From: an uncultured Nitrospiraceae bacterium
GTDB taxonomy: Bacteria; Nitrospirota; Nitrospiria; Nitrospirales; Nitrospiraceae
Reading direction: 5' to 3'
NCBI GenBank assembly: GCA_963846575.1
Contig: CAWJWJ010000002.1
Span: 352,001 to 416,000 of the forward strand
DNA: 64,000 nt
This document shows positions 29,701 through 39,004 of this stretch, piece after piece; position 1 is the stretch's first letter, and every line of letters starts with the position of its first letter. Below the pieces are notes generated by a model. It was not told the DNA's origin and searched no databases. It was given only the letters and a program-made list of their open reading frames with translations. The translations under genes and the position numbers were made by a program.

Positions 29701-31043
29701 CCACCACGGCTGTGGAACTGTCGCACAACCTGCGGCTTCCGGAGCCGGTTATAAAGGCCTCGTTTTTCCGGCTCGAAGCCCAGGGTCATCTCTTGCGCGG
29801 CCGGTTCCTGCCTCAGAGAACCATCGAACATTCCGACGGAGCCGCCCTGGCCGAACAGGAATGGTGCCATCGCCGGTTATTGGCGAGGATCCATCGGCTG
29901 ACGATCGGACGCCTCCGCAAGGAGGTCGAGCCGGTGTCGGCCGCGGAGTTCATGCGGTTTCTCTTTCAGTGGCAGCATGCGTCGCCGGGGGCGCGGTTAC
30001 ACGGCGAGGCCGGGCTGCTGGAAATCGCCAAACAACTCGGAGGATTCGAGGCGGCCGCCTCGGCATGGGAACCCCAGATCCTGCGGACCCGATTGTCCAA
30101 GTACGCCCCGGAGTGGCTCGATCGGTTGTGCCTGAGCGGGGCCGTCATGTGGGGGCGTCTGACGCCGCATCCCCGCTTGATGCAGGAGTTGACGCCTGTG
30201 CCGGGCCGGCGGGTCGTGCCGACCAGGGTGGCGCCGGTAAGCCTATTTGCCCGCGAGGATGCCGCAGCCTTGCTGGCCGCAGCCGGGGAAGGGATGCAGC
30301 ATCTGGATATCAGCGCCCGTCTGGGTGGATCGGCTCAAGCGGTCCGGCGGGGTTTGCAGGAGCGCGGGGCCAGCTTTTTCAGTGAGCTGCTCCACGTGAC
30401 GCGTCTCCTTGCATCGGAGGTTGAGGACGGGTTGTGGGAGTTGGTGGCAGCCGGACTGGTCACGGCCGATGGATTCGATAATCTGCGCGCGCTCATCGAT
30501 CCACGGCGGCGGCGGGCAGAGGGGCAGGGGCGGAGTTGCCGCCCGCGCCATGTCGGAGGCCGGTGGTCGCTGTTGAGAACAGGTCAGGAGTCCATCCCGG
30601 TGCCGGGGAGCGGCGAGACAGAACAGCTGGCCCATCGCTTGCTGCAACGATACGGCGTCGTGTTTCGAGACCTGTTGCTGCGGGAGTCGGTGGTTTCGTC
30701 CTGGCGTGATCTGCTGGTCTGTTACCGCCGCATGGAATCCAGAGGAGAACTCAGGGGCGGCCGCTTCGTGTCCGGATTTACCGGTGAACAGTTCGCCTTG
30801 CCTGAGGCGCTGGAGAGCCTGCGGGCGCTCAAGAAACGGCCCGGGACTCAGCAGGAGATCAAAATTTCGGCCGCGGATCCGTTGAATCTGGCCGGGGTCA
30901 TTTTGCCCGGCCCTCGGATCGCCGCGGTTCCGTCGAACTTTGTGGTGTTTCGAGACGGGGTGGTCGTTCGCACCGTGACCGGCCGGGACCGGATCGATCG
31001 TCTGGAACCGTCCTTGGTCGAGGTCGGCCAGGTCGGGGGATAA
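26721..31043 (+). CDS. lhr: Lhr-family ATP-dependent helicase (SF2) with long C-terminal winged-helix region
   Basis: APTGSGKT, SPLKAL, TTPES, DEIH, LSAT, SLELGID, QRMGRAGH; C-terminal LLQRYGVVFR, GRFV.GF.GEQFALP and AADPLNL. Confidence 0.88.
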   Translation: MTTLPFHPIIAEWFTTRFSCATDVQMQAWPAIQSGRDVLIAAPTGSGKTLAAFLSCINHLFQTALDCALRDETLVVYVSPLKALSNDVQKNLQQPLIEIGQAAMTAGLMLPELRVVVRTGDTPMIERQQMLRRPPHILITTPESLFILLTAEKSRAMLKTVRTVIVDEIHAVAPNKRGAHLALSLERLAALTGCDVQRIGLSATQRPIETVAEFLVGQRPLPRVIDVGHRRDMDLAVEVPKDELGAVATNAIWSDVYDRLAALVEAHRSTLVFVNTRRLAERVSHHLEERLRHLGDGVVAAHHGSLSRQIRLSAEDRLKKGTVRVVVATASLELGIDVGTVDLACQIGSPRSIATCLQRMGRAGHWVHATPKGRLFATTRDELIECATLIRSIRAGMLDRIEVPSAPLDVLSQQIVAAAATQSWEEADLYDLCRRAMPYRELTRPAFEAVLKMLSEGFVTSRGRGRAHVHHDGINHQIRGRRGARLAGITSGGAIPDTANYAVIAEPDGTVVGSVDEDFAVESLAGDIILLGNTSWRIRGVETGKMRVEDAQGAPPTIPFWRGEGPSRTADLSAEVARLRADIDRHLDADASSVMPYAPPVQWLRQECSLDQRGAQQAVEYLLAGKAVLGTVPTQQTIVAERFFDESGGMQLVIHAPFGGRINRAWGLALRKRFCVTFDFELQAAATDEGIVLSLGERHSFPLETVFAFLNAKTLREVLTQALLQAPMFMTRWRWNATRALALLRFVGGKRVAPQIQRMRAEDLLAAVFPDALACQDNFHGERMARQIPDHPLAQETIRDCLTEAMDLDGLTAVLEKIERGAITCVAVDTPMPSAFCHEILNANPYAYLDDAPLEERRARAVEMRRTLPPDLAAGLGALDQSAIDQVIEESWPVVRDADELHDALLSLVWVPCERMPEWSQWAPSLSAAGRLLTLRNAQGQEGWGPAELRHVLQLLFPDVRIDPDPVDVAPAESLEPEAAYDRVVLGWMESTGPTTAVELSHNLRLPEPVIKASFFRLEAQGHLLRGRFLPQRTIEHSDGAALAEQEWCHRRLLARIHRLTIGRLRKEVEPVSAAEFMRFLFQWQHASPGARLHGEAGLLEIAKQLGGFEAAASAWEPQILRTRLSKYAPEWLDRLCLSGAVMWGRLTPHPRLMQELTPVPGRRVVPTRVAPVSLFAREDAAALLAAAGEGMQHLDISARLGGSAQAVRRGLQERGASFFSELLHVTRLLASEVEDGLWELVAAGLVTADGFDNLRALIDPRRRRAEGQGRSCRPRHVGGRWSLLRTGQESIPVPGSGETEQLAHRLLQRYGVVFRDLLLRESVVSSWRDLLVCYRRMESRGELRGGRFVSGFTGEQFALPEALESLRALKKRPGTQQEIKISAADPLNLAGVILPGPRIAAVPSNFVVFRDGVVVRTVTGRDRIDRLEPSLVEVGQVGG

Positions 31044-31078
31044 CAGGCGGCCTGTGCCTGGGGAGAGGTTTCTGCCGC

Positions 31079-31933
31079 TCAGATGAGCGGCGCGGGAATC
31101 GCCAAGAGGGGACAGCGTGCCCCGTGCAGGACACGCTCGGTGGTGCTGCCGCGCAGCATGTCGAACAGGCTATCCTGCCCCTTCGTCGTCATCACAATCA
31201 AATCCACGTCGAACTCCGCACCGGCCGCCAGGATCCATTCCACCGGATCACCTTGACCAAACAGCTGGTTCCAGGACCAGTCTGCCTTCTGTGGCAACAC
31301 CAGGTTTTCCATGCCCGCTTTCTCCCCGGCATGGACCAGCGTCAATGTGACAGGCAGAGCGTCGAGTTTCGAAATCAGCGAGGTGGCGACATCGATCGCC
31401 GGTTGAGACGGGGGATCCGTCGAAATGGGTAGCAGCAGGCGATGGAGCGATGTCTGCCCGGTAGCGAGCGAGACGAACCCCTCCACATGGGAAGGCACGA
31501 ACAACGTCATCACATGCACTTCGCGTGAGACCGGTTCTGCGACGGGGTGATGGCCCCATCGAATAAAGCCCTCATGCTGATGCGTGGCCAACACCATCAA
31601 GTCGGTCGGGGAGGCCGTGAGATGATGGATAATCGCCTGTTTAGGATCGGCAGCCAAGGCGCGCACTTTTTTGATGCCGATCCCGAGCCGCACGACGTCG
31701 CTCTTGGCGCTGGACTCCGGGAGCAGCCCCCACGACGCGAGCGTCGGGCGGATGCGAGGGAAGTCCTCGAATCCTTCCGGGGCCACGGTGGGATCCACAT
31801 GCATGATCGTCAGTTCGGCGCGGTGGACCAACGCCAGTTTGAGAGCGTGGGCGAAGGCGACCTGGCTGTCTTTCGAAAAATCCGTGGGATGAAAAATGCG
31901 GTGAACGGGTCGTGGAGCGAGCGTCGGGTTCAT
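31079..31933 (-). CDS. Universal stress protein (tandem USP domains)
   Basis: IFHPTDFS; DLIVMTTKG..GSTTERVLH.ARCPLL. Confidence 0.88.
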   Translation of the reverse strand: MNPTLAPRPVHRIFHPTDFSKDSQVAFAHALKLALVHRAELTIMHVDPTVAPEGFEDFPRIRPTLASWGLLPESSAKSDVVRLGIGIKKVRALAADPKQAIIHHLTASPTDLMVLATHQHEGFIRWGHHPVAEPVSREVHVMTLFVPSHVEGFVSLATGQTSLHRLLLPISTDPPSQPAIDVATSLISKLDALPVTLTLVHAGEKAGMENLVLPQKADWSWNQLFGQGDPVEWILAAGAEFDVDLIVMTTKGQDSLFDMLRGSTTERVLHGARCPLLAIPAPLI

Positions 31934-31986
31934 GTCGATATCGATCTCCGGTGAGGTGCTGGTGGGTACATGGCGACCGGCCGTGA

Positions 31987-32376
31987 TTAGCGACGCGTCG
32001 AGAGCACCCGGCTTATGAGGTCGTCGGTCGAAGTACTGTCTGATTGACTCCATCGGCTGAACGTGTCCTGGGCGATCAGCTGAAAGGCCTCCGGTTCCGG
32101 CGTTCCCAGCAATGTGCCGAGGGAGGCCAGGTATTCTCCCTGTCCACGGGCCAGATCTGTTTCCAGGTTCGGTGCATTGTAGGCCACAAACGCAGCAACT
32201 GTGTGTTCGGGCTGAAGCAGGCCGTCCTCGTTCCACCAGACACGTCCTGACGTCGTCCCCGTAATATTCGAAGTGGTGTCGGTGGTTTGTTTAAAGGTGG
32301 CCTTCACGGAACAGCCTGAGAGCAACATCACGAGGGAGACGCCGATCAAGGCCGTGAGGGTGTGACGAGGATTCAT
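31987..32376 (-). CDS. DUF3015-like lipoprotein
   Basis: Lipobox LLSGC; NLETDLARGQGEYLASL motif; AAAGGAG SD. Confidence 0.7.
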   Translation of the reverse strand: MNPRHTLTALIGVSLVMLLSGCSVKATFKQTTDTTSNITGTTSGRVWWNEDGLLQPEHTVAAFVAYNAPNLETDLARGQGEYLASLGTLLGTPEPEAFQLIAQDTFSRWSQSDSTSTDDLISRVLSTRR

Positions 32377-32543
32377 GGTCCGAAGCTCCTTTCGTGGGGC
32401 AGACCTATCCACCCGACTCCGATGTGGCGCGACTATACCATAGTGGCAATGTCCGTGACCCTGGGGAAATACCGAGCGGAGGCGGGTGTCATCCCGTGGT
32501 CGTGGCGCCGTCTCGTTGGCGCATGGCATCGTGAGGATGGCGA

Positions 32544-32572
32544 TTGACAATCTTTCGGTGCCTGCGCACAAT
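32544..32572 (+). promoter_or_regulatory. Sigma70 promoter
   Basis: TTGACA-N17-CACAAT, about 100 nt upstream of 32673. Confidence 0.5.
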
Positions 32573-32672
32573 CGAGGAATAAAGCTGAAGAGGAGGGCAG
32601 GGACGGGCAGTGGTTCAGATGAGCACACTAGTCCAGACCAGGATCCAATCGATATGGCAGGGAGGCCTGAGA

Positions 32673-33113
32673 ATGAAGACAGCGATGTTGCTAGGCATGA
32701 TCACAGGGATGACGGTTGGGGCTGCGCCGGTGTGGGCGGAGTCGATTCCACTGAAGCCGGGTGAATATCAGATCACGGCCGTGACGGAAGCCAGCAATGG
32801 AGAGACGGGCAAACCTGACAGTCATACCCGTTGTCTGAAAGACGAGCACCTGACCAATCCCGATGCCGTGTTCAATTATTATGTGAAGCAGGGATTCAAG
32901 CCCAGACCGTCTAACAAGGTGACGAACGTGTCCATACAGGATGGAACGGTGAGTTATGACATCGAGGGGCCACATGCGATCACCCGCGTGGAAGGCACGG
33001 TCTCCAGTACCTCCTTCTCTGTGGTGCGCAAGGCGCAGCCCCCCTCAGGAAAAGGGGTATTGGTTACGATGAAGGTCGACGGGAAACGGACGGGGGAGTG
33101 CAAGCATAAATAA
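32673..33113 (+). CDS. DUF3617-like exported protein
   Basis: GGGAGG SD, signal peptide, LKPGEYQIT, C-terminal GKRTGEC. Confidence 0.7.
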   Translation: MKTAMLLGMITGMTVGAAPVWAESIPLKPGEYQITAVTEASNGETGKPDSHTRCLKDEHLTNPDAVFNYYVKQGFKPRPSNKVTNVSIQDGTVSYDIEGPHAITRVEGTVSSTSFSVVRKAQPPSGKGVLVTMKVDGKRTGECKHK

Positions 33114-33157
33114 TCGAGTTCCGTGGCTCGGGGCCGCGTGTCATCAAAGCAGTGTGC

Positions 33158-33183
33158 CGGAGGCCGGGTTCGTCCGGCCTCCG
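33158..33183. terminator. GC-rich hairpin with TTCG loop between convergent genes
   Basis: CGGAGGCCGGG-TTCG-TCCGGCCTCCG. Confidence 0.65.
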
Positions 33184-33208
33184 CAGGTTCGCCGCCCGCC
33201 TCGTATCG

Positions 33209-34555
33209 TTAGTTCCCCCACAATCGCTGATACCACCTCTTCTCTTCTCCGTCCGGTCGTGACGCGAGATGCATGGTCCTGCGGATGTCGCCGATATTCC
33301 AGCCCGTCAGAGAAGCCAACATTTCGGCTTGCCGCTCATGGAGCTCGCGCAGCCGGTGCCGGTAGGCGGTGGCGGCGGCGCATGCATCCTGGCCGGTCCA
33401 GGGGTGCCGCACGATGTAGCGGGCCTGAAAGTTCCCACGATCGGATGTCTCCTGAAACATCAGATCGTCGGGAAAGTGCGCGGCGTCATAGCGGGCGTGC
33501 AGCCGGGTGAGAAACACAGGCTGCGCTCCGCCCATGCCCCCGGCTGAACGAGCGTCCCGCTCCTGCCAGAAGACGCCCAACCCCTTCAGTTCGTCGGCTG
33601 AGAGGGGATCCGCGGCACAGGGGTCGCACCAGTTCGTGTCCCAGGCATATTCGAGAAACAGGCCCCGCTGGTCCTCACGCTTCACCTGTTGAGTGAAGAG
33701 ATCCCGGTAGAAGTCGCCGAACTTCTCCTTCACGTAGAGGGGAATCTCCTGTGATTCCGGCAGCCGCACCGTCCGATAGTTCGTCGTTTCGACGCGGCCC
33801 TGCTTGGTCAAAAAATAGATGAAGAGCTCCTGAGGTCCCTCGGCGTTGACCGTGCCGAGGCGGATCGGCAGCATGAACTTTGGCGAGTCAAACGCGATCT
33901 GGAGTGGTCTCAACCGCGTCAGGCCGAGGGTCGCCTGCTCGCCAAGATTCACTTTTGCCACGAAGAATTTCATGCCCTGTTTGAGATAGCTCCGCAGAAC
34001 AGACGACGCTCCGCCCGGAGTACGGTAGCCGTTTTCAGCCAGCCAGGTTTCGAGCCCGCCGCTTTCCTTTGCCGACAGAATCAGAATGTCATATTCGCCG
34101 ACCGTATACTGGGCCTCGACGGTGACGCCTAAGGCACGGTCGCGTTCCGGTTTTCTGATGCTGGCCGGCGCCAGACTCTTCGCCCCGTCCATGCTGCGGC
34201 GCTCCATCATTTCGTCCCGCAGGCACGGATTCGCATCGAAATATTCCACCAGCCTCGGCGCGGAATAGTCAGCCAGATGCTTCAGCACCGCCGGATCCCC
34301 GACGTGAATCTGATCCTTCTCCAGCAGCGTCGGCACCGGCACCACCAGCGCGAATTCTTTTACCTCGCCCCTGAAATCGTTGGCCATCGTGATGACGGTT
34401 TTGTTGTCGTGACGTGCAATGGCCACTTCGGATGCCTTGTTGAACAGTTTCGTGTCGGCCTTGCCCACATAAAAGCCGCAGAAGGCCGAGGCTCCGCTGC
34501 TCCAGGCAAACAGGCTCACGAGGACAGCCAGGAAGGGAATGATCGTACGTTTCAT
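33209..34555 (-). CDS. DUF2330-domain exported protein
   Basis: Signal peptide then AFCGFYV; FALVVPVP, SAPRLVEYFD.NPC, VGEYDI.ILSA, LPIRLG, EYAWD..WCDPC. Confidence 0.85.
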   Translation of the reverse strand: MKRTIIPFLAVLVSLFAWSSGASAFCGFYVGKADTKLFNKASEVAIARHDNKTVITMANDFRGEVKEFALVVPVPTLLEKDQIHVGDPAVLKHLADYSAPRLVEYFDANPCLRDEMMERRSMDGAKSLAPASIRKPERDRALGVTVEAQYTVGEYDILILSAKESGGLETWLAENGYRTPGGASSVLRSYLKQGMKFFVAKVNLGEQATLGLTRLRPLQIAFDSPKFMLPIRLGTVNAEGPQELFIYFLTKQGRVETTNYRTVRLPESQEIPLYVKEKFGDFYRDLFTQQVKREDQRGLFLEYAWDTNWCDPCAADPLSADELKGLGVFWQERDARSAGGMGGAQPVFLTRLHARYDAAHFPDDLMFQETSDRGNFQARYIVRHPWTGQDACAAATAYRHRLRELHERQAEMLASLTGWNIGDIRRTMHLASRPDGEEKRWYQRLWGN

Positions 34556-35460
34556 CAGAACCTCCTATGGTGGGGAACGGGTGGATAGGGGGAAGCGAAA
34601 AGGGAACGGGCCGACATCGTCGTCGATCGGGAGTTCAGGTCATGCAGGTGCCATTCGAAGCGAATGCCGGGAAAGAGGCGATCAAGGACCGGCACGAGCG
34701 GCGCACAGGCCATCAGTCCCCAGAGCGGGCCATTGGGGCGGAACAGACCGAATTGTACAGAGAGGGCAGCGAGCGCGATGATCAGCGCATAGGCGATCCG
34801 GCCGCTCCTGGAATCCGGCGTCGTCTTCGGATCCGAGAGCATGAAGAAGGCAAAAATGAGCAGTGCGCCGCTTTCAATCTGATGAAGCGGAATTGCCAGC
34901 GGATCGCCGAGCCACAGCGCCCGTGCGAGCTGCAAGCCGACATAGAAGCACAGAAATGCCACCGTGACGTCGGCTCGTTCGGCCCGGGTGACCACGAGAC
35001 TGCCGAGGCAAGCGACCAGAAACCCGAACCAGGCAACCTGTCCCCACTGTCCCGCCGAGATCCACCCAAGTCCGCTTGCGAGCATGACGGCCAGCGCGAA
35101 GTTGGTTGGATGGAACAGGTGCTTGTGACGCCAGCGGAACAGAAATTTGCTGCCGATGGCCATGAACGAGGCGAGCGCGGCGACCATGAGCTGGTCGGTG
35201 CGAAGCAGCAGGCAGAGGGATACGGCCGAGATGAGCGGACTCCGGGGATCGAAGGAGAGCAGGTTATAGGCGCGCGTTCCTGCATATTGCGTCAGGAGCG
35301 CCGTGCCGAGCGTGATGGCAATTTGCCAGGGCGACACATCGAAGTCCAGCCACAACAGGCCATAGAGGAGCAGGGCGCTGAGGCTCGCGAGTTGGTAGAG
35401 GCGGGGATCGAATGATTTCGCGGGCTTCGTTGGCCGGGACGGCTCGTTCTCTTGCGCCAT
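34555..35460 (-). CDS. RnfD/NqrB-like membrane protein (orphan)
   Basis: DPR.YQ, S.LISA.SL.LLLR, AIGSKF..HLFHPTN, FFMLSDPKTTP; stop overlaps the DUF2330 start. Confidence 0.8.
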   Translation of the reverse strand: MAQENEPSRPTKPAKSFDPRLYQLASLSALLLYGLLWLDFDVSPWQIAITLGTALLTQYAGTRAYNLLSFDPRSPLISAVSLCLLLRTDQLMVAALASFMAIGSKFLFRWRHKHLFHPTNFALAVMLASGLGWISAGQWGQVAWFGFLVACLGSLVVTRAERADVTVAFLCFYVGLQLARALWLGDPLAIPLHQIESGALLIFAFFMLSDPKTTPDSRSGRIAYALIIALAALSVQFGLFRPNGPLWGLMACAPLVPVLDRLFPGIRFEWHLHDLNSRSTTMSARSLFASPYPPVPHHRRF

Positions 35461-35956
35461 GGCATCCTCCGTTCACAGGAGGATATGGTGCGAGGAGGAG
35501 AATCCTTTCAGAGGGGGAGGGGTGGGCCAGGAGGCCGGCGTAGCTTCGGTGCTCGCCGCCCGCGCGCCCTTCAACGGGCAGATCTTTACGGCAAGGGGGA
35601 TGCTCGGTCGAGGCGCGCGGTAAGGCCCATGCCGGTCCCCTCGCTGGATTGGGGTGGAAAGGGGAAGGGCCGAACGCAGGAATTGGTCCACCGGCCCCTT
35701 GGGTTTCAGCTGGACACTTGAGTTGCCCATGCGACCCGGTGTGCGGTACTTTCGTTATGTTTTACCGTTCCCCCATCCGGCCGGTTCCCACTGAGCTGTC
35801 CCTGTGTCGAGTCAGGCAGTCATGCGTTGGGCGGGAGTGGCCTGCGGACATCGTGGGAGCTACGTTGTCAGCAGTCACCCCACGATGTGAGGACTGTGAC
35901 CGGGGCTTGTCAGGATTGTGTGAGTTGTCGCGTCGTGGACTGCACAAGGATATGGA

Positions 35957-36340
35957 ATGCATCACCACAAACGCATCACCCGCTATCTATTCGGTGCCTT
36001 GTTTGTCGCGGCGGGAACCAACCATTTCCTTAACTGGCCGTTTTACGTGAGCATCATGCCGCCGTATCTGCCGTGGCAGGTCGAATTGGTCTACCTCAGC
36101 GGCGTGGCGGAAATTGGTTTGGGCGGGCTGCTGCTATTCGAGCGATGGTCCCGGGTGGCGGCCTGGGGACTGATGGCGTTGCTGATCGCTGTGTTCCCGG
36201 CGAATGTTCACATGACCCTGCATCCCGAAAAATACCCATGGGCATCGCCCGTCCTGCTCTTCCTCCGGCTTCCCCTTCAAGGGCTGCTCATCGGCTGGGC
36301 TTACTGGTACACGAGACCGGAGCCGGAGAGAGGGGAGTGA
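35957..36340 (+). CDS. DoxX-family membrane protein
   Basis: AGTNHF, MPPYLP, YLSGVAEI, AVFPANVHM, RLPLQ. Confidence 0.85.
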   Translation: MHHHKRITRYLFGALFVAAGTNHFLNWPFYVSIMPPYLPWQVELVYLSGVAEIGLGGLLLFERWSRVAAWGLMALLIAVFPANVHMTLHPEKYPWASPVLLFLRLPLQGLLIGWAYWYTRPEPERGE

Positions 36341-36533
36341 CGCTTTCCGTCGCCGGGTGCGTTCGAATTCCGAACCGCTCACCGGCGGGTTGGGAAAGAT
36401 TGCAGAAAGTGATGAATTTGAAATGACAGGTCGGCTCGGTTACCCTGTGTGAACTGATAGGTTGGCTTGCTTGTCCATCTGAATTTGAGAGTGAGAGAGT
36501 CTGATTCACCTCGTAGGAGGGTGGTGCACGGTC

Positions 36534-36950
36534 ATGGATAGGTCGCCCGCCAGACAGCGTCGACAGGGTGCCCTGCTTCTAACGGCAGTCCTCCTTCTCT
36601 CCGCTTGCTCCGAACGATCCACCCCGAGTGAACCGCCCCCTCAGGCAGCCGCGGAATCTGCGGTCGGATTCGTCAACCGTGTCTGGACGGTCAGCCAGTC
36701 GTCCAGCGTGACGCCAGGGACGCTCTATGTCTTCTTGTCCGACGGCACCCTGGTGATCACGTCTCCACATGATAAGCCGGCGCTCGGAATCTGGAGAGAT
36801 GAAACAGGGGTCTTGACCATGGTGGAACAGGGGCTGCCCTACCAGGTGGATGTGCTGAGCCTGAGCCAGGACGAGTTCAAAATCAGAAGTCACAATCCCG
36901 GGCAACCCGCGGAGATCACGCTCATCCCTGCCGAAAGACCCGCCCGCTGA
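36534..36950 (+). CDS. Hypothetical lipoprotein
   Basis: Lipobox LLSAC; GGAGG SD. Confidence 0.65.
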   Translation: MDRSPARQRRQGALLLTAVLLLSACSERSTPSEPPPQAAAESAVGFVNRVWTVSQSSSVTPGTLYVFLSDGTLVITSPHDKPALGIWRDETGVLTMVEQGLPYQVDVLSLSQDEFKIRSHNPGQPAEITLIPAERPAR

Positions 36951-37109
36951 TGGGAGGGTCGCGCGGATGACCTGGACGTACGGGACCGCGCGGAACCGTA
37001 TCGCGTGACGATCTGGCGCACTCGCCGGGCCTCGGGATCCGTTGGTTGGCTCGCCGCAGTGCGTTCTCTTGGGTGGCGCGTTTGCGATCGGTTGCGGAAG
37101 GAAGCCCTG

Positions 37110-38426
37110 TTACCGGTTGAGCGGAATCTCCACTGCGATCTGGCTCGTTGGCGATGACTCCGGGCTCACCACGTAGGTTGCTTGCTCCGGGCGGGTTGCA
37201 GTGGCGGGAGACACCGCTTCCGTAATGAGATTCGTGGAGAAGCGATCGAGCATGCCGACTTCCTGCATCGTCAGGGGGGCAAACGGCTTCGGAGACAGGC
37301 GGATCGTCAGACTGAGCAGACCGCCCTCCGCCGGTGGGGGCAACGGGATCTCGGTTCGTTTTCCAGCCGCGATCTTGAGGGAGATTTTCCCGGTCTCCTG
37401 CGGAGGCCACCAGAGTCGGGTGCCGGCAGCGCCAAGGTTTTGAAGGAGTTGAAGGAAGGCGTCCTGACTGGCTTCAACACTGATCCGCACCGGGCCTGAA
37501 CTCTTCACGGCTGTGACTGGGTCCACTTCTCTCGGCTGCCCATCCTGTCCCTGAATGACGAAGCTATACCGTAAGCCTAAGGGCCTGGTTGGTGCAGTCG
37601 CTCCGGATTTGTTTGCGTCCGCAAATCGTTCCCGCTTCGCTTCAGGACGACGGGCCTGTGATGTCGACTCCGACGGGGTCTGCAGCGCTCGGTCCTGGGC
37701 TGCCTTTGATGCCGCTTCGACATTCGGCGCCTCCCCATAGAACAACGCGCGTGCACTGAGGGGTGGCGTGATAATGCTGTCGGCGGAAGTGCCGGCGGGA
37801 GCCTGCAGGCTCTTGGACGCCGTAGCGGTGGCTGACGGCGCCGGACGTTTTCCGGCGCTCCTTCCGGCTTCATCTCGTTCGGCTCGCTGCTCGCGGGATG
37901 TAGAGGGTGTCACAGGTTTCCTGCTGTCGGCGGACTTGTCGGTACGCGCATCGTGTTCCGATGGCGCATCAGCGGAGTCCGGACTCGTCGTCCGATTGAC
38001 CCGGAGTTCGGCGTCGGAGACCTTTTCCGCCGGGGATGCTTGCGGCCCGGGAGCATGAGCCTTTTCGGTAGCCACCGGTTGCGCGGCCCGATCGAGAGTC
38101 TCCAGGTAGATTTTCGTTCCGAAGGCGACGGCCACAATGGCCACGGCGACACCGCCTGCCAACGCGAGCCCTGCGGGCCGCCTGATCCAGTTCCACCAGG
38201 AGCTGGACCCCCCCGCATCTGAGGGGACGGGTTTCTGCAAGGCCTGCAGCAGTCTGCGCCGCACGAGCGGGTCGGCCAATAGCTCCTTGAGCGCCTGTTC
38301 GTCGGCCATGGCATTGAACAGCTGTTGGTCCTGCATGGCGGCCGTATAGAGCCGGATGCGTTCCTCCGGCATCAAGGTATCGGCGGCGAATCCGCCCAGC
38401 AGCTTTTCCAGGTCATGTTCGGACAT
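37110..38426 (-). CDS. Putative anti-sigma factor (N-terminal helical domain, one TM, long linker, C-terminal beta domain)
   Basis: Directly downstream of an ECF sigma gene; single TM; DUF4384-like C-terminus (LGLRYSF). Confidence 0.6.
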   Translation of the reverse strand: MSEHDLEKLLGGFAADTLMPEERIRLYTAAMQDQQLFNAMADEQALKELLADPLVRRRLLQALQKPVPSDAGGSSSWWNWIRRPAGLALAGGVAVAIVAVAFGTKIYLETLDRAAQPVATEKAHAPGPQASPAEKVSDAELRVNRTTSPDSADAPSEHDARTDKSADSRKPVTPSTSREQRAERDEAGRSAGKRPAPSATATASKSLQAPAGTSADSIITPPLSARALFYGEAPNVEAASKAAQDRALQTPSESTSQARRPEAKRERFADANKSGATAPTRPLGLRYSFVIQGQDGQPREVDPVTAVKSSGPVRISVEASQDAFLQLLQNLGAAGTRLWWPPQETGKISLKIAAGKRTEIPLPPPAEGGLLSLTIRLSPKPFAPLTMQEVGMLDRFSTNLITEAVSPATATRPEQATYVVSPESSPTSQIAVEIPLNR

Positions 38427-38506
38427 GAGGCTCCATCGGTTGCGTGCGCATCTGATCGGTCAAAGATGCAAGGTTCAGGTGCCGGTTCTAGTTGAACATC
38501 CGACGT

Positions 38507-39004
38507 CTAGTTCCAGCTTCCACCCATCAGCTCGAGTAACTGCCTCCGACAGCGCAGGTCCCACGTGTAGATCGTGTTGATCGATGGCTGTCCGAGTGTC
38601 CTTTGAATGGCTGGAAAGCTCTGACCCTCCAGCTTCAGTCTGAACAGTTCGCGACAACGCTCGCCCAGCTGAGCCACCGCTTTCAAAAGCCTGTCCACCC
38701 GTTGCTTCTGATCCAGTTGTCCGGCGGGGTCGTCTCCGGGATGCGCGAGCGGATGGTCTTCGATCGGCTCTTGATTATACTCGCCTCGACGCAGCGACTT
38801 CCGATGGGCGTCCAGCATTTTGAAACGCAGCACCTGAAAGGCCAGCGGAACCAACTCGGTGAGTTCGGCGACGTTCGCATACTTCTCATGCAAGAGCGTC
38901 AACACGTCCTGGGTCAGATCTTCGGCAGCGTCTCTTCTCAATCGTAATGTGGCGAAGGCCAGGACCCTTTCGCGCAGTTGGATGAGTATCTGATCCCGGT
39001 CCAT
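38507..39004 (-). CDS. ECF RNA polymerase sigma factor
   Basis: AEDLTQDV (region 2) and LGERCRELFRLK.EG..NTIYT..RCRRQL (region 4); 165 aa. Confidence 0.85.
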   Translation of the reverse strand: MDRDQILIQLRERVLAFATLRLRRDAAEDLTQDVLTLLHEKYANVAELTELVPLAFQVLRFKMLDAHRKSLRRGEYNQEPIEDHPLAHPGDDPAGQLDQKQRVDRLLKAVAQLGERCRELFRLKLEGQSFPAIQRTLGQPSINTIYTWDLRCRRQLLELMGGSWN

